Assembly: GCA_045643525.1 (NCBI GenBank)
Contig: JAZUKY010000068.1
Coordinates: forward strand, 1-36,787
DNA from: Candidatus Enterousia sp.
GTDB lineage: Bacteria; Pseudomonadota; Alphaproteobacteria; Rs-D84
Length of the DNA: 36,787 nt
Direction: 5' to 3'
This document shows, in pieces, positions 9,536-17,974 of the stretch; positions within the stretch are counted from its first letter, which is position 1; the number at the start of each line of letters is the position of its first letter. The translations under genes were made by a program, and so were the position numbers. Under the pieces are notes generated by a model. The model did not search any database and was not told where the DNA came from. It saw only the letters and a list, made by a program, of their open reading frames with translations.

Positions 9536-10612
9536 TTAGAATTCGAAATTAATACGAACACCGGCCTCGGCCTTAACATCTGTACCGTTTTGTGAATTTT
9601 CGTGTGATTTATCGAATGTGTATTCACCGTATAATACGATTTGTGCACGTTCGGTTGCCTGTGTTGCAACAGATAAACCAACAACATAATCTTCAAAACC
9701 GTCTTTCATATTGGCTAATTTAGCCTCTAATGCAGATTTCATTGCCTCCAAACCACCTAAATTGGTTTTGATCTTTTTTACACCTGCATCGTCATGACGG
9801 TAATATTTAAACCATCCACCCACAGACCAACGGTCGGACATTTGATAAAATGCGTTTATACCGGTGCTGTATTCTGTTTTTGATTTCAAATCAACAGAAA
9901 TCGTTGAAGGCGCATCTCGTGAGGCCAATAATGTAGCGGTTGATACCCCATTAAATGTTTTTGCACTATTACCAACTACTCTAATAACATTGTTATCGTC
10001 CCCGATTGTACGTAAAATTTCTGCAAAAACGGATGTTGTTAAACGGTTGTTTATTTTGTAACCAAATTTTGTTCCAAAATGATAACCCCACATACCGTCG
10101 GAATAGTTATCATAATCAAATACACCCGACAAAACAGGAATACTTGGATCTAATGGGTGTGAAGTAGCGGTTACATTATATTGACCACGCATTTCGCCCA
10201 ATCCACCCAAATGGATGTCGCCGTATACGTCCCAAATTAAACCATTGTTCATGTTTAATACACGGTATGTTGTTCCCAAACGACCGCCGGATAATCCTGT
10301 GCGACCGATATCGTTATCATGTGTATATTGGGCTGAAAAATGCACTGCCCAATTATCTGTTATTCCGTATCCCAGTTCTTCTTGAATGCGTAAAATTGGG
10401 AATTCCATTTCGCCATTGTGATTTTTGGCACGATGGGCATCACTGCTGTCTGCAACTTTTAACATGACGCCATTTGACAGTTTTGAATAAACTGTGTTGT
10501 GTTCCGGCAAATACAGTGGGTTTTCCATGTTTTTTAATGCACTGGCATTTGCCATTGTTGGTGCAGCCAACATTGATGCGGCCACCGCCATTTTTACAGA
10601 TTTTTTCATCAT
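9536..10612 (-). CDS. outer-membrane beta-barrel/porin-like protein
   Basis: 358 aa. Signal peptide MMKKSVKMAVAASMLAAPTMANA. Beta-strand-rich sequence ending VRINFEF. AAGGAG upstream; the start may be the second ATG at 10609. Confidence 0.7.
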   Translation of the reverse strand: MMKKSVKMAVAASMLAAPTMANASALKNMENPLYLPEHNTVYSKLSNGVMLKVADSSDAHRAKNHNGEMEFPILRIQEELGYGITDNWAVHFSAQYTHDNDIGRTGLSGGRLGTTYRVLNMNNGLIWDVYGDIHLGGLGEMRGQYNVTATSHPLDPSIPVLSGVFDYDNYSDGMWGYHFGTKFGYKINNRLTTSVFAEILRTIGDDNNVIRVVGNSAKTFNGVSTATLLASRDAPSTISVDLKSKTEYSTGINAFYQMSDRWSVGGWFKYYRHDDAGVKKIKTNLGGLEAMKSALEAKLANMKDGFEDYVVGLSVATQATERAQIVLYGEYTFDKSHENSQNGTDVKAEAGVRINFEF

Positions 10613-10641
10613 TATACTCCTTTTGGTCTTGATGAAATTCG

Positions 10642-10700
10642 ACGGCCCCCATTATTGGCAAGACCGCGGGCCATATCCACGCCGCCCATTATTGGCAACA
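10642..10700. repeat. two copies of a 22-nt direct repeat, 37-bp period, in a divergent regulatory region
   Basis: ACGGCCCCCATTATTGGCAAGA (10642-10663) and ACGCCGCCCATTATTGGCAACA (10679-10700). They share a 14-nt perfect core CCCATTATTGGCAA. The patch is locally GC-rich within AT-rich DNA. Confidence 0.6.
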
Positions 10701-10782
10701 GCATGTTTTTTTGATATGTCCAGTACACAGCCTGTCATAGAATAGGAAAGATGTCAAAAAAACAATTTTCTTGACAACTGGG

Positions 10783-10811
10783 TTGAAATATCGTACGGCC
10801 CGCCCTATATA
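10783..10811 (+). promoter_or_regulatory. candidate sigma70 promoter for the 225-aa ORF
   Basis: TTGAAA (10783-10788), 17-nt spacer, TATATA (10806-10811), about 45 nt upstream of the ATG at 10855. Confidence 0.4.
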
Positions 10812-10854
10812 TGAAATGGTGGGGATGATCACTGTGTAACCAAAGGGGGCTAAA

Positions 10855-11532
10855 ATGGTGGATCTAAAGAAAAAAATGATGCAAATAATAAGCCAAACCG
10901 GTATGGAAATATCCAACGAAGATAAAAAAATAATAGATGATGCATATGATCAAATGGAAAGTGGACTTGAACAGTGTCAATATGCAAAAGGAAAAAGTTT
11001 CGGACAATCCATTCATAATGCACAGCAGTATATGACCACATTTGTCAATAGCAGAAAAAGTGGCGCAGTAACTGAATATTTACGTAAAATTCATGATAAT
11101 AAATCCAAAGAATTGGCAAAGAAATCGATGACCGATCCAATGCGAAATTGTAAAATATCAGTTAATAATGATGAACAACGTTCAGAATTTTTCAAGGGTG
11201 CCCAACAAAAAGTTATTCAGGCAATTGGAACGTTGAAAAATATTATTGAAAAATACAGAACGCAAATGCAGCAGACGGAAAATGGAACCGACAAAGCCCC
11301 ACAACGTAGTCAACAGGCAATGCAACATGGACCACAAAAGGCATCTGTGTTGGCTGATGCCAAAAGTTTACCTGTGAACAATCCAGCTGGAAATGAACCA
11401 AAACAAATGAATGGTGCAAAATTTAAGCATGGACAAGAAAAATTGAAAGAAATTCAGGCTGTATTGGATAATAAACGTATGCAGATGTATAAATTGTGGA
11501 TGGAACGGCAAAATCAATGTGCCGCGGCATAG
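10855..11532 (+). CDS. hypothetical Q/K-rich protein
   Basis: 225-aa ORF with AAGGGGG RBS and a downstream terminator. No signal peptide and no recognised motif. Confidence 0.6.
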   Translation: MVDLKKKMMQIISQTGMEISNEDKKIIDDAYDQMESGLEQCQYAKGKSFGQSIHNAQQYMTTFVNSRKSGAVTEYLRKIHDNKSKELAKKSMTDPMRNCKISVNNDEQRSEFFKGAQQKVIQAIGTLKNIIEKYRTQMQQTENGTDKAPQRSQQAMQHGPQKASVLADAKSLPVNNPAGNEPKQMNGAKFKHGQEKLKEIQAVLDNKRMQMYKLWMERQNQCAAA

Positions 11533-11535
11533 AAT

Positions 11536-11566
11536 AAAAAACACCGAATTAATCGGTGTTTTTTTA
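11536..11566. terminator. bidirectional intrinsic terminator
   Basis: A-run, AACACCGA-attaa-TCGGTGTT, then a T-run. Sits between the convergent 225-aa ORF and nrdG. Confidence 0.7.
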
Positions 11567-12262
11567 TTCACGCCAAACCACATTTTCAAACATTGGGTTT
11601 ATTCGATCTTTGATCAATTGGGTAAAAAATTGTTCGCGTTCTGCAGATGTTGTATTGTTTGTATCGTCTTCGAAATGTGGAATATATTTTTGAATCGCAA
11701 AATTTTTTACACCACGTGTTGCACAATCGGTGGCAATTGTTAATAAATCATCAATTGATACATAACGTGGATCACACGTAACCCGAACTTCAAATTCTTT
11801 GTTTGTTGATTGCCACACAGTCAATGTATTAATCATACGATCATATGCAACGTGTTGACCAGTTAAGTCGGGATATTTTTCACGTGTTGCCTTGTAATCC
11901 AAACCGACCCAATCAATATATTGTATGGCACGCATTAAATTTTCTGGATAAAAACCATTGGTGTGTAAACCAATTTTAAAACCCAAATTTCGAACACGTT
12001 GCATATATTCTATTAATGCCTCAGATTGCATTAATGCTTCGCCACCCGAAAATACGATGGCTTCTAATTTGCCAACACGTGACTGAATCCATTCAAAAAC
12101 CTTTGATGGGTCATAATCACCCGGTCGAACTGATAACAGATGGGGGTTTGAACAATATTTGCAACGTAATGGACAGCCAACCAAAAATAATACAGCGGCC
12201 AACTTACCAGGGTAATCAATCGTGGTAAAAGGGACCATACCCCCAATCTGGATATCCAACAT
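11564..12262 (-). CDS. nrdG: anaerobic ribonucleoside-triphosphate reductase activating protein (radical SAM)
   Basis: 232 aa. N-terminus GGMVPFTTIDYPGKLAAVLFLVGCPLRCKYCSNPHL carries the CxxxCxxC radical-SAM cluster in the NrdG context. Lies immediately downstream of nrdD. Confidence 0.9.
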   Translation of the reverse strand: MLDIQIGGMVPFTTIDYPGKLAAVLFLVGCPLRCKYCSNPHLLSVRPGDYDPSKVFEWIQSRVGKLEAIVFSGGEALMQSEALIEYMQRVRNLGFKIGLHTNGFYPENLMRAIQYIDWVGLDYKATREKYPDLTGQHVAYDRMINTLTVWQSTNKEFEVRVTCDPRYVSIDDLLTIATDCATRGVKNFAIQKYIPHFEDDTNNTTSAEREQFFTQLIKDRINPMFENVVWRE

Positions 12263-12266
12263 TTTA

Positions 12267-12452
12267 TTATGCCGCCATTTTTAACAAATCACTGTGGCGT
12301 GCACCTGTTGTTAAACTGTTATTTTCTGTAAATGTTTTTCTTTCGCAGAATTCAGAATATTTACCAATATTAAAATTTGATACAGGTCTGATAAACCCCA
12401 TGGATCTGGAAAAAATTTCACATGGTGTTCTGTTTGTGCATTCTGCTTGCAT
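12267..12452 (-). CDS. stand-alone NrdD C-terminal glycyl-radical segment (61 aa)
   Basis: CEIFSRSMGFIRPVSNFNIGKYSEFCERKTF matches the canonical NrdD C-terminal glycyl-radical motif (..V[YF]SR[IV]xG[YF]xRPVxxWNxGKxxE[FY]xxRKxF). It has its own ATG with GAAAGGAGAG ending 6 nt upstream. It is in a different frame from nrdD and separated from it by 43 nt. Confidence 0.7.
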   Translation of the reverse strand: MQAECTNRTPCEIFSRSMGFIRPVSNFNIGKYSEFCERKTFTENNSLTTGARHSDLLKMAA

Positions 12453-12495
12453 AATACTCTCCTTTCTTTTTTTGTTTTATGCCAGTGTTGTTATT

Positions 12496-14544
12496 TTAAT
12501 TGTTTTCTGTGTGTTCGTGATTTTGGTTGGCCGCAATTTCTGCGTCACATTTTGGACAGAATTCGTGTCGACCTGGTAAATAACCGTGTTTCGGACATAT
12601 TGAAAATGTTGGTGTTAATGTCATGTACGGTATTTTATAGTTTTCAAAAATTGTACGAACAATCTTTTGTGCGGCATCACCAGATGATACAGGTTCGCCC
12701 ATATACAAATGTAACATTGTACCACCAGTGTATTTACGTTGTAATTCTTCTTGGTGTTCTAATGCAACAAACGGATCGTCTGTATAATTTACGGGCAATT
12801 GTGTTGAATTTGTATAATATGGTGCATCCTTGGTCCCGGCGGTAATGATGTCGGCATAATTTTTTGTATCTGTTTTTGCAAATCTGTATGAGCATCCCTC
12901 GGCTGGGGTGGCTTCTAAATTATACAAATTACCCGTTTCTTCTTGGAAATTTGCCAGATTTTCACGAATAAAATCCATTACATCTAATACCAATTGTTTC
13001 CCCATTGGCGTTGCAATGTTGTCGGTATCGTTGGTAAAATTACGAACCATTTCATTTGCACCATTTACACCGATTGTTGAAAAATGGTGATTCCAATTAC
13101 CCAAATAACGGCGTGTGAATGGATACAAACCACGTTCCATATTTTTTGATATAACCTTGCGTTTGATTTCCAATGCCTGACGGCCATAATTTAATAATTG
13201 TTTCAATTCATTAAACAAACCATCACGGTCGCCTTTGTGTAAATACCCCAAACGTGCCAGATTTATTGTTACAACACCAATAGAACCTGTCTTTTCTGCG
13301 GAACCAAATAGGCCCCCCCCACGTTTTAATAATTCACGAACATCTAAACGCAGACGACAACACATTGAACGAACGTCTGTTGGATTCAAATCGGAATTTA
13401 AGAAATTTTGGAAATTTGGAATACCATACTTGGCCGCCAATTCAAACAAAGGTTTTACATTTGGATGATTCCATGGAAAATCATCGGTGATGTTATATGT
13501 AGGAATTGGGAATGTAAACGGACGTCCCAGGGCATCACCTTCGGTCATGACTTCTAAAAATGCCTTGTTAATCATATCCATTTCGGATTGCAAATCACCA
13601 TATGTGAATGCAACCTGTTGTTTGCCGATAAATGGATGTTGATCGCGTAAATCTTTGGGACAGGTCCAATCAAATGTAAAATTGATAAATGGTGTTTGGG
13701 TCCCCCAACGACATGGAACAGCACAATTGAAAATCAATGTTTGCATCGCATTTTTTACATCTGAATAAGATAAATTATCCAATCTGACATATGGTGCCAA
13801 ATATGTGTCCACCGATGAAAATGCCTGGGCCCCAGCGAATTCATTTTGCAATGTACCCAGGAAATTTACCATGTGTGAGATTGCGGTTAACATATGTTTG
13901 GCCGGTTCACATTGTAGATAACCCGGAACCCCGTTAAAACCTTCATACAATAATTCGCGCAATGACCAACCTGCACAATATCCCGTTAACCAACCCAAAT
14001 CATGAATATGTATGGCGGCCGTTTTATGTGCGTTTGCGATTTCCTGTGGAAACATATTTAACCAATATTCAGCGGTAACACGTTCACTGGTTCGTAAAAT
14101 CAATCCGCCAATCGAATACCCAATATTTGCATTTTCCTTGATACGCCAATTGGAACCTCCAACATAACTGTCGATAACGTCGACCGCATCAACATAAGAA
14201 TTACGAATTTCTGTGTGTTTTTGACGGTATATTATGTATGCTTGGGCTGTTTTATATGCCTGGCTGTCCATCAATGTTTCGATAACAATATCCTGAATCG
14301 ATTCAACACCGGGAATTTGATTTGCAAATTTTTCTTCTAATTTATTTAAAATATTTTGTGTAATTAAAACGATTTTATCGTCAAATATTTCTTTGGTGGT
14401 GGCAACCGCTTTTTTAATCGCATTGAATATTTTTTGTGCGTCAAAGGCGACTGTGGTCCCATTGCGTTTTTGTACAAACACCAAATTTGATGTAAATGTA
14501 GGAATAATATGCATCTTTAATTCATTTTGTATATCGTCACTCAT
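12496..14544 (-). CDS. nrdD: anaerobic (class III) ribonucleoside-triphosphate reductase, body lacking the glycyl-radical loop
   Basis: 682 aa. N-terminal ATP-cone (VQKRNGTTVAFDAQKIFNAIKKA). NrdD motifs SMCCRLRLD and KRGGGLFGSAEKTGS. C-terminal Zn-ribbon-like ICPKHGYLPGRHEFCPKC. The ORF stops right after the ribbon. Confidence 0.92.
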   Translation of the reverse strand: MSDDIQNELKMHIIPTFTSNLVFVQKRNGTTVAFDAQKIFNAIKKAVATTKEIFDDKIVLITQNILNKLEEKFANQIPGVESIQDIVIETLMDSQAYKTAQAYIIYRQKHTEIRNSYVDAVDVIDSYVGGSNWRIKENANIGYSIGGLILRTSERVTAEYWLNMFPQEIANAHKTAAIHIHDLGWLTGYCAGWSLRELLYEGFNGVPGYLQCEPAKHMLTAISHMVNFLGTLQNEFAGAQAFSSVDTYLAPYVRLDNLSYSDVKNAMQTLIFNCAVPCRWGTQTPFINFTFDWTCPKDLRDQHPFIGKQQVAFTYGDLQSEMDMINKAFLEVMTEGDALGRPFTFPIPTYNITDDFPWNHPNVKPLFELAAKYGIPNFQNFLNSDLNPTDVRSMCCRLRLDVRELLKRGGGLFGSAEKTGSIGVVTINLARLGYLHKGDRDGLFNELKQLLNYGRQALEIKRKVISKNMERGLYPFTRRYLGNWNHHFSTIGVNGANEMVRNFTNDTDNIATPMGKQLVLDVMDFIRENLANFQEETGNLYNLEATPAEGCSYRFAKTDTKNYADIITAGTKDAPYYTNSTQLPVNYTDDPFVALEHQEELQRKYTGGTMLHLYMGEPVSSGDAAQKIVRTIFENYKIPYMTLTPTFSICPKHGYLPGRHEFCPKCDAEIAANQNHEHTENN

Positions 14545-14565
14545 TGTAACCCCGATTTTTAATAA

Positions 14566-14614
14566 ATACTATATGTAGTAGTTTTTTTGAATTTATAGTA
14601 ACAACATATAGTTT
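14566..14614 (-). promoter_or_regulatory. two candidate NrdR-box-like palindromes upstream of nrdD
   Basis: ATACTATATGTAGTAG (14566-14581) matches 12/16 positions and TAACAACATATAGTTT (14599-14614) matches 11/16 positions of my recollection of the NrdR box acaCwAtATaTwGtgt. Starts are 33 bp apart. They lie 20-70 bp upstream of the nrdD start. Confidence 0.3.
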
Positions 14615-14949
14615 TTTTGTAAAAGTGGCAATATATAAAAAGTGATTTTTTTTCTTTTTTTTGCTTTACATTTAAAAATGCGGAATTTCTGCCCAATACG
14701 CATGTATATTATGTATAGTTGTGGTATACCAAATGTTTTTTTGTGTCAAAAAAAGTGGATATTTATGTGTAAAAATGATTCGTAAAATAATTTTTTTACA
14801 AAATATGCCCGTGTTTTTTATAAAAAATACTACATATTGACGAAAATTAAGGTCGTGGGACCAAAAATTGCTGTTTTTTGTTGTGTGATGATTCGTTTTT
14901 TTTGGGAAAAGGGTTGCTATTCCTATAAAACAGGGTAAACTGTTTGTTG

Positions 14950-14980
14950 TCTGGTTTGGTATTTGTAACCAGATTTTTTT
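14950..14980 (+). terminator. intrinsic-terminator-like hairpin inside the leader of the acyl-CoA synthetase gene
   Basis: Perfect 7-bp stem TCTGGTT/AACCAGA (14950-14956 and 14967-14973), 10-nt loop, then T7 (14974-14980). It ends 26 nt before the ATG at 15007. Confidence 0.55.
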
Positions 14981-15006
14981 ATAAACATGTAAGAAAGGAA
15001 ACCATA

Positions 15007-16593
15007 ATGGTAAAAAACATATATGAAATGCTGCATAATGCATGTTTGCAGAACAAGGATCGTATTTTCTTTGTCAGACAAAATGAAACATACGCAGATT
15101 TATTAACCAAGGTTAAACAGCGTGCTGTTTTACTGGCAAAAAAATTCGGAATAAAAAAGGGGGATACAGTTGCGTTGTTATCTGGAAATACACCGGATTT
15201 TATTAGGTCGTATTTTGCAATTTTATCCCAAGGTGCACATGTTTTGATGTTGGATACAGGCCTGTCACCTGCGGAACATGTGAATATGATGAAACGCACA
15301 AATTGTAAATTGGCGTTGGCGCAAAAATCGCATTTTGTTGATGGGGGGGCAGAAATGTTTGATATTGAAAGCATTGATGAAACCAACCCTGATGAATTTT
15401 GTGCTGCGGATGTATCACGTGATGATGTGGCAATGTTATCGTTTACGTCGGGGTCAACCGGTAATCCAAAGGTTGTTGGTTTAACACATAATAATATATT
15501 ATCATTGGCAGATGGGGCATTGTTTTACAGCCCTGTGATACGTCCCGGATATATTTTTTATGGATTTTTGCCATTGTATCATATATATGGTGTGGTTATT
15601 AATATAATAGTTCCATTGGTTTTGCACGGACAATTATTGTTACAGCCTGTTTTAAATCCACGTGAATTTATGAATGATTTTAAAAAATATCATCCACAGG
15701 TTATTCCGGCGGTCCCACGTATTTGGGAAACGTTTTATAAAAAGATTATTGATGCCGCCAAAGATAAACATGTGTACACATTGATGCGGGTTGTCGTATC
15801 AATGCGCGGTGTGTTGCGTGCAATTGGACTGGGGTGGATTGTGAAAAAGGTAACCCGTCCGATACACGAATTATTTGGTGGTAATACCAAGGTTTTGGTT
15901 TCTGCCGGTGCAACATTGAAACCAACAATAAGACGGTTCTTTGAACGGTTGGATTTTGCGGTTGGTGATTGTTATGGATTAACAGAAACCACAGGACCGG
16001 CAAACTTTAATTTTGCATTTAGACGTGATGATGGTTCGATGTGGTATGCCGGCCCATTGTTGGGAAACCAAATAAAAATTCATAATCCAGATAATGATGG
16101 TGTGGGTGAAATTTGGGTGCGTGGCAATATGGTTATGCCAGGGTATATAGATAATGATTTCGCAAATGCCGCCGCATTCGAAGACGGTTGGTTTAAAACG
16201 GGCGATATCGGTAAATTGGATAAAAAGAATCGATTAATTGTAAAAGGACGGCAAAAACAGGTTATTGTTTTGGACAGTGGTAAAAATGTTTATCCCGATG
16301 AATTAGAAGATTTATATATGCAAAATGATGAAATATTGGCCGCGGCGGTTTTTGAATATGTAATAAATGAAAAAACGGTTCCGTTTGCTGTATTTCAGGT
16401 TGCACCTGGTGTTACAACATCACGTGTTGCAATGTTGATGAAAACATCAAATTTGAAAATTGCACCATATAAATGGGTAAAACATTTTGCAATCACCGAA
16501 AATGAGTTACCACAAACATCGGCACGCAAAATTAAACATTTTATGGTCAGGGAAATGTTGAATCAGGGTGCATTTACGTTGCCAACAGAATAA
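15007..16593 (+). CDS. AMP-dependent acyl-CoA synthetase/ligase (long-chain-fatty-acid--CoA ligase-like)
   Basis: About 528 aa from MVKNIYEML, with AAAGGAA RBS. AMP-binding signature LSFTSGSTGNPKVV, plus YGLTE, GWFKTGDIG and KGRQKQVIVLDSGKNVYPDELE. Confidence 0.85.
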   Translation: MVKNIYEMLHNACLQNKDRIFFVRQNETYADLLTKVKQRAVLLAKKFGIKKGDTVALLSGNTPDFIRSYFAILSQGAHVLMLDTGLSPAEHVNMMKRTNCKLALAQKSHFVDGGAEMFDIESIDETNPDEFCAADVSRDDVAMLSFTSGSTGNPKVVGLTHNNILSLADGALFYSPVIRPGYIFYGFLPLYHIYGVVINIIVPLVLHGQLLLQPVLNPREFMNDFKKYHPQVIPAVPRIWETFYKKIIDAAKDKHVYTLMRVVVSMRGVLRAIGLGWIVKKVTRPIHELFGGNTKVLVSAGATLKPTIRRFFERLDFAVGDCYGLTETTGPANFNFAFRRDDGSMWYAGPLLGNQIKIHNPDNDGVGEIWVRGNMVMPGYIDNDFANAAAFEDGWFKTGDIGKLDKKNRLIVKGRQKQVIVLDSGKNVYPDELEDLYMQNDEILAAAVFEYVINEKTVPFAVFQVAPGVTTSRVAMLMKTSNLKIAPYKWVKHFAITENELPQTSARKIKHFMVREMLNQGAFTLPTE

Positions 16594-16610
16594 CATGCTG
16601 TTGAATATGT

Positions 16611-16645
16611 AAAAAATTATCCACGTTTTGGTGGATAATTTTTTT
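16611..16645 (+). terminator. intrinsic terminator after the acyl-CoA synthetase gene
   Basis: ATTATCCAC-gttttg-GTGGATAAT stem-loop followed by a run of 9 T. Confidence 0.7.
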
Positions 16646-16680
16646 TTGTTTTTATATCGATTGTTTTGTGTAAAAAAATA

Positions 16681-16720
16681 TTGTCAAAAAATTGACAAAT
16701 GAAATAATGTAGGCTATCCT
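16681..16720 (+). promoter_or_regulatory. candidate promoter with overlapping perfect palindrome (possible operator)
   Basis: TTGTCAA-aaaa-TTGACAA (16681-16698) is a perfect 7-bp inverted repeat. Its right arm supplies a consensus -35 TTGACA (16692-16697). A 17-nt spacer leads to TATCCT (16715-16720). AAGGAG RBS, then ATG at 16739. Confidence 0.45.
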
Positions 16721-16738
16721 TTTGCAAAGGAGTCTTTG

Positions 16739-17650
16739 ATGCACCAAATTAAAAAGATACCGCAGTTTACTAATGAATATCTAGATTTTGTGAAAAATGA
16801 AATTGGATTTTCTACAACACGTAATTATTTTACTAATAAGTTATGTTATAGTGACATTTATCGTAAATACCATAATCAATATGGATGCTGGATAGATGTT
16901 GGTGTTATAGATAGTGATGTTATATGTGACACATTGTGGAATGAAATGTGTTATAATAAAGATGTTTTTGGAACAAAAAATCCTTTTAAATTCATGGGAA
17001 CTAATAATTTACCGCAGTTTTATAAATTTTATCATAAATATGATGACGGTTATAGCGATGAAGCTAAAATGATATTTAAAAATGTTGCGGCTTGCTTAGA
17101 ACGTTGGTGGGGAAGTGGGCAAAAAATTACAGGTGGAATTTATTTGAATGACGACGGGTATCATTTGTTATGTTGCTTACGTGATGCATTGCAAACAATA
17201 AAAGAAAAAAATGTTTATGATTTTAATAATAATTTGATTAGACGTCAAAAAATGATGGATAAATTGGAACAGATAAAAGAATGCCCACAAAGATACAAGG
17301 ATAAAGCAGATGAGGCAAAAGCGTTAAAACAGGTTGTTAGAAAAAATCCGACAGACTTTATAGAATACATTTTAGGTGATTTTTCTAAGAATTTGGATTT
17401 AAAAAGGGTATTATTTGTAAGGGGTAATTTGTTTAAAAGGTTACTTAGTTGTATAATGGAAAAAATTAATGAGGTTAAACGTAAACTTACCAATATTACC
17501 GAAAAAGATATTGGGCCTGTATTGTTTCCAGAAATGCGAACAGAGCAAGAGAAAGAAAATTATAAAAGATATTGTTTATTGATAGAAGAAAAAGAAAAAT
17601 TACAACATTTGCGTGAAATGTTAGAAAAAGTTCAATCAATTACAAAATAG
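16739..17650 (+). CDS. hypothetical protein (Cys/Trp/Tyr-rich N-terminal half, charged coiled-coil-like C-terminal half)
   Basis: 303-aa ORF with AAGGAG 6 nt upstream of the ATG. No family recognised. Uses AGA/AGG Arg codons unlike its neighbours. Confidence 0.6.
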   Translation: MHQIKKIPQFTNEYLDFVKNEIGFSTTRNYFTNKLCYSDIYRKYHNQYGCWIDVGVIDSDVICDTLWNEMCYNKDVFGTKNPFKFMGTNNLPQFYKFYHKYDDGYSDEAKMIFKNVAACLERWWGSGQKITGGIYLNDDGYHLLCCLRDALQTIKEKNVYDFNNNLIRRQKMMDKLEQIKECPQRYKDKADEAKALKQVVRKNPTDFIEYILGDFSKNLDLKRVLFVRGNLFKRLLSCIMEKINEVKRKLTNITEKDIGPVLFPEMRTEQEKENYKRYCLLIEEKEKLQHLREMLEKVQSITK

Positions 17651-17659
17651 GTGTAAAGG

Positions 17660-17926
17660 ATGATGAAAAATCAAAAAATTTTGGAAGAGTTAGAAAAAGA
17701 ATTAAAATATTGGTATAAAGAAAAAGCGGCGGCAGAGGAGGATTTAATGCTTTTGGATCCTGATGATCCCAGTGAACGTCAAAATCTTTTCTTGTATGAA
17801 AGGGATGTAAAGAGGGCAGAATCCAATATAGATAGGGTTGAACGAAAAATAAAAAAAATAAAATTTAAAGAAATAGGAAATATATTGGGGGATTTGATAA
17901 ATTATAAAAATACGATAAAACATTGA
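17660..17926 (+). CDS. hypothetical small coiled-coil protein
   Basis: 88-aa ORF starting 9 nt after the upstream stop, with AGGTG 6 nt upstream. Highly charged heptad-like sequence (EELEKELKYWYKEKAAAEEDL...RVERKIKKIKFKE). Confidence 0.5.
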   Translation: MMKNQKILEELEKELKYWYKEKAAAEEDLMLLDPDDPSERQNLFLYERDVKRAESNIDRVERKIKKIKFKEIGNILGDLINYKNTIKH

Positions 17927-17954
17927 TACAAATTGTTTATTTCTGTTTTGTACA

Positions 17955-17974
17955 CCCCGGGTATTATTCCGGGG
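17955..17974. terminator. GC hairpin between convergent genes (possible terminator)
   Basis: CCCCGG-gtattatt-CCGGGG. On the + strand it is followed by only a weak T-rich tail (attcttattt). Confidence 0.4.

Noticed and set aside
10651-10700. TTGGCAA in the direct repeats as possible sigma-54 (-24 TGGCAC) promoters
   Set aside because: No GC/TTGC -12 element lies at the required 4-5-nt spacing in either copy (TGGCAAGACCGCGGG and TGGCAACAGCATGTT).
13313-13320. C8 (G8 on the coding strand) homopolymer inside nrdD in an AT-rich genome, a possible contingency tract
   Set aside because: It encodes the conserved GGG of KRGGGLFGS and the ORF is in frame across it. There is no evidence of variation from a single sequence.
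14615-14640. GCCACT on the minus strand (14621-14630 region) as a possible cobalamin-riboswitch B12 box upstream of nrdD
   Set aside because: The surrounding approximately 200 nt are extremely AT-rich and lack the GC-rich paired elements and other conserved cores of a cobalamin riboswitch.
14944-15006. TTG-initiated 5' extension of the acyl-CoA synthetase ORF
   Set aside because: The extension contains the terminator hairpin and T7. The ATG at 15007 has an RBS and gives a family-typical N-terminus.
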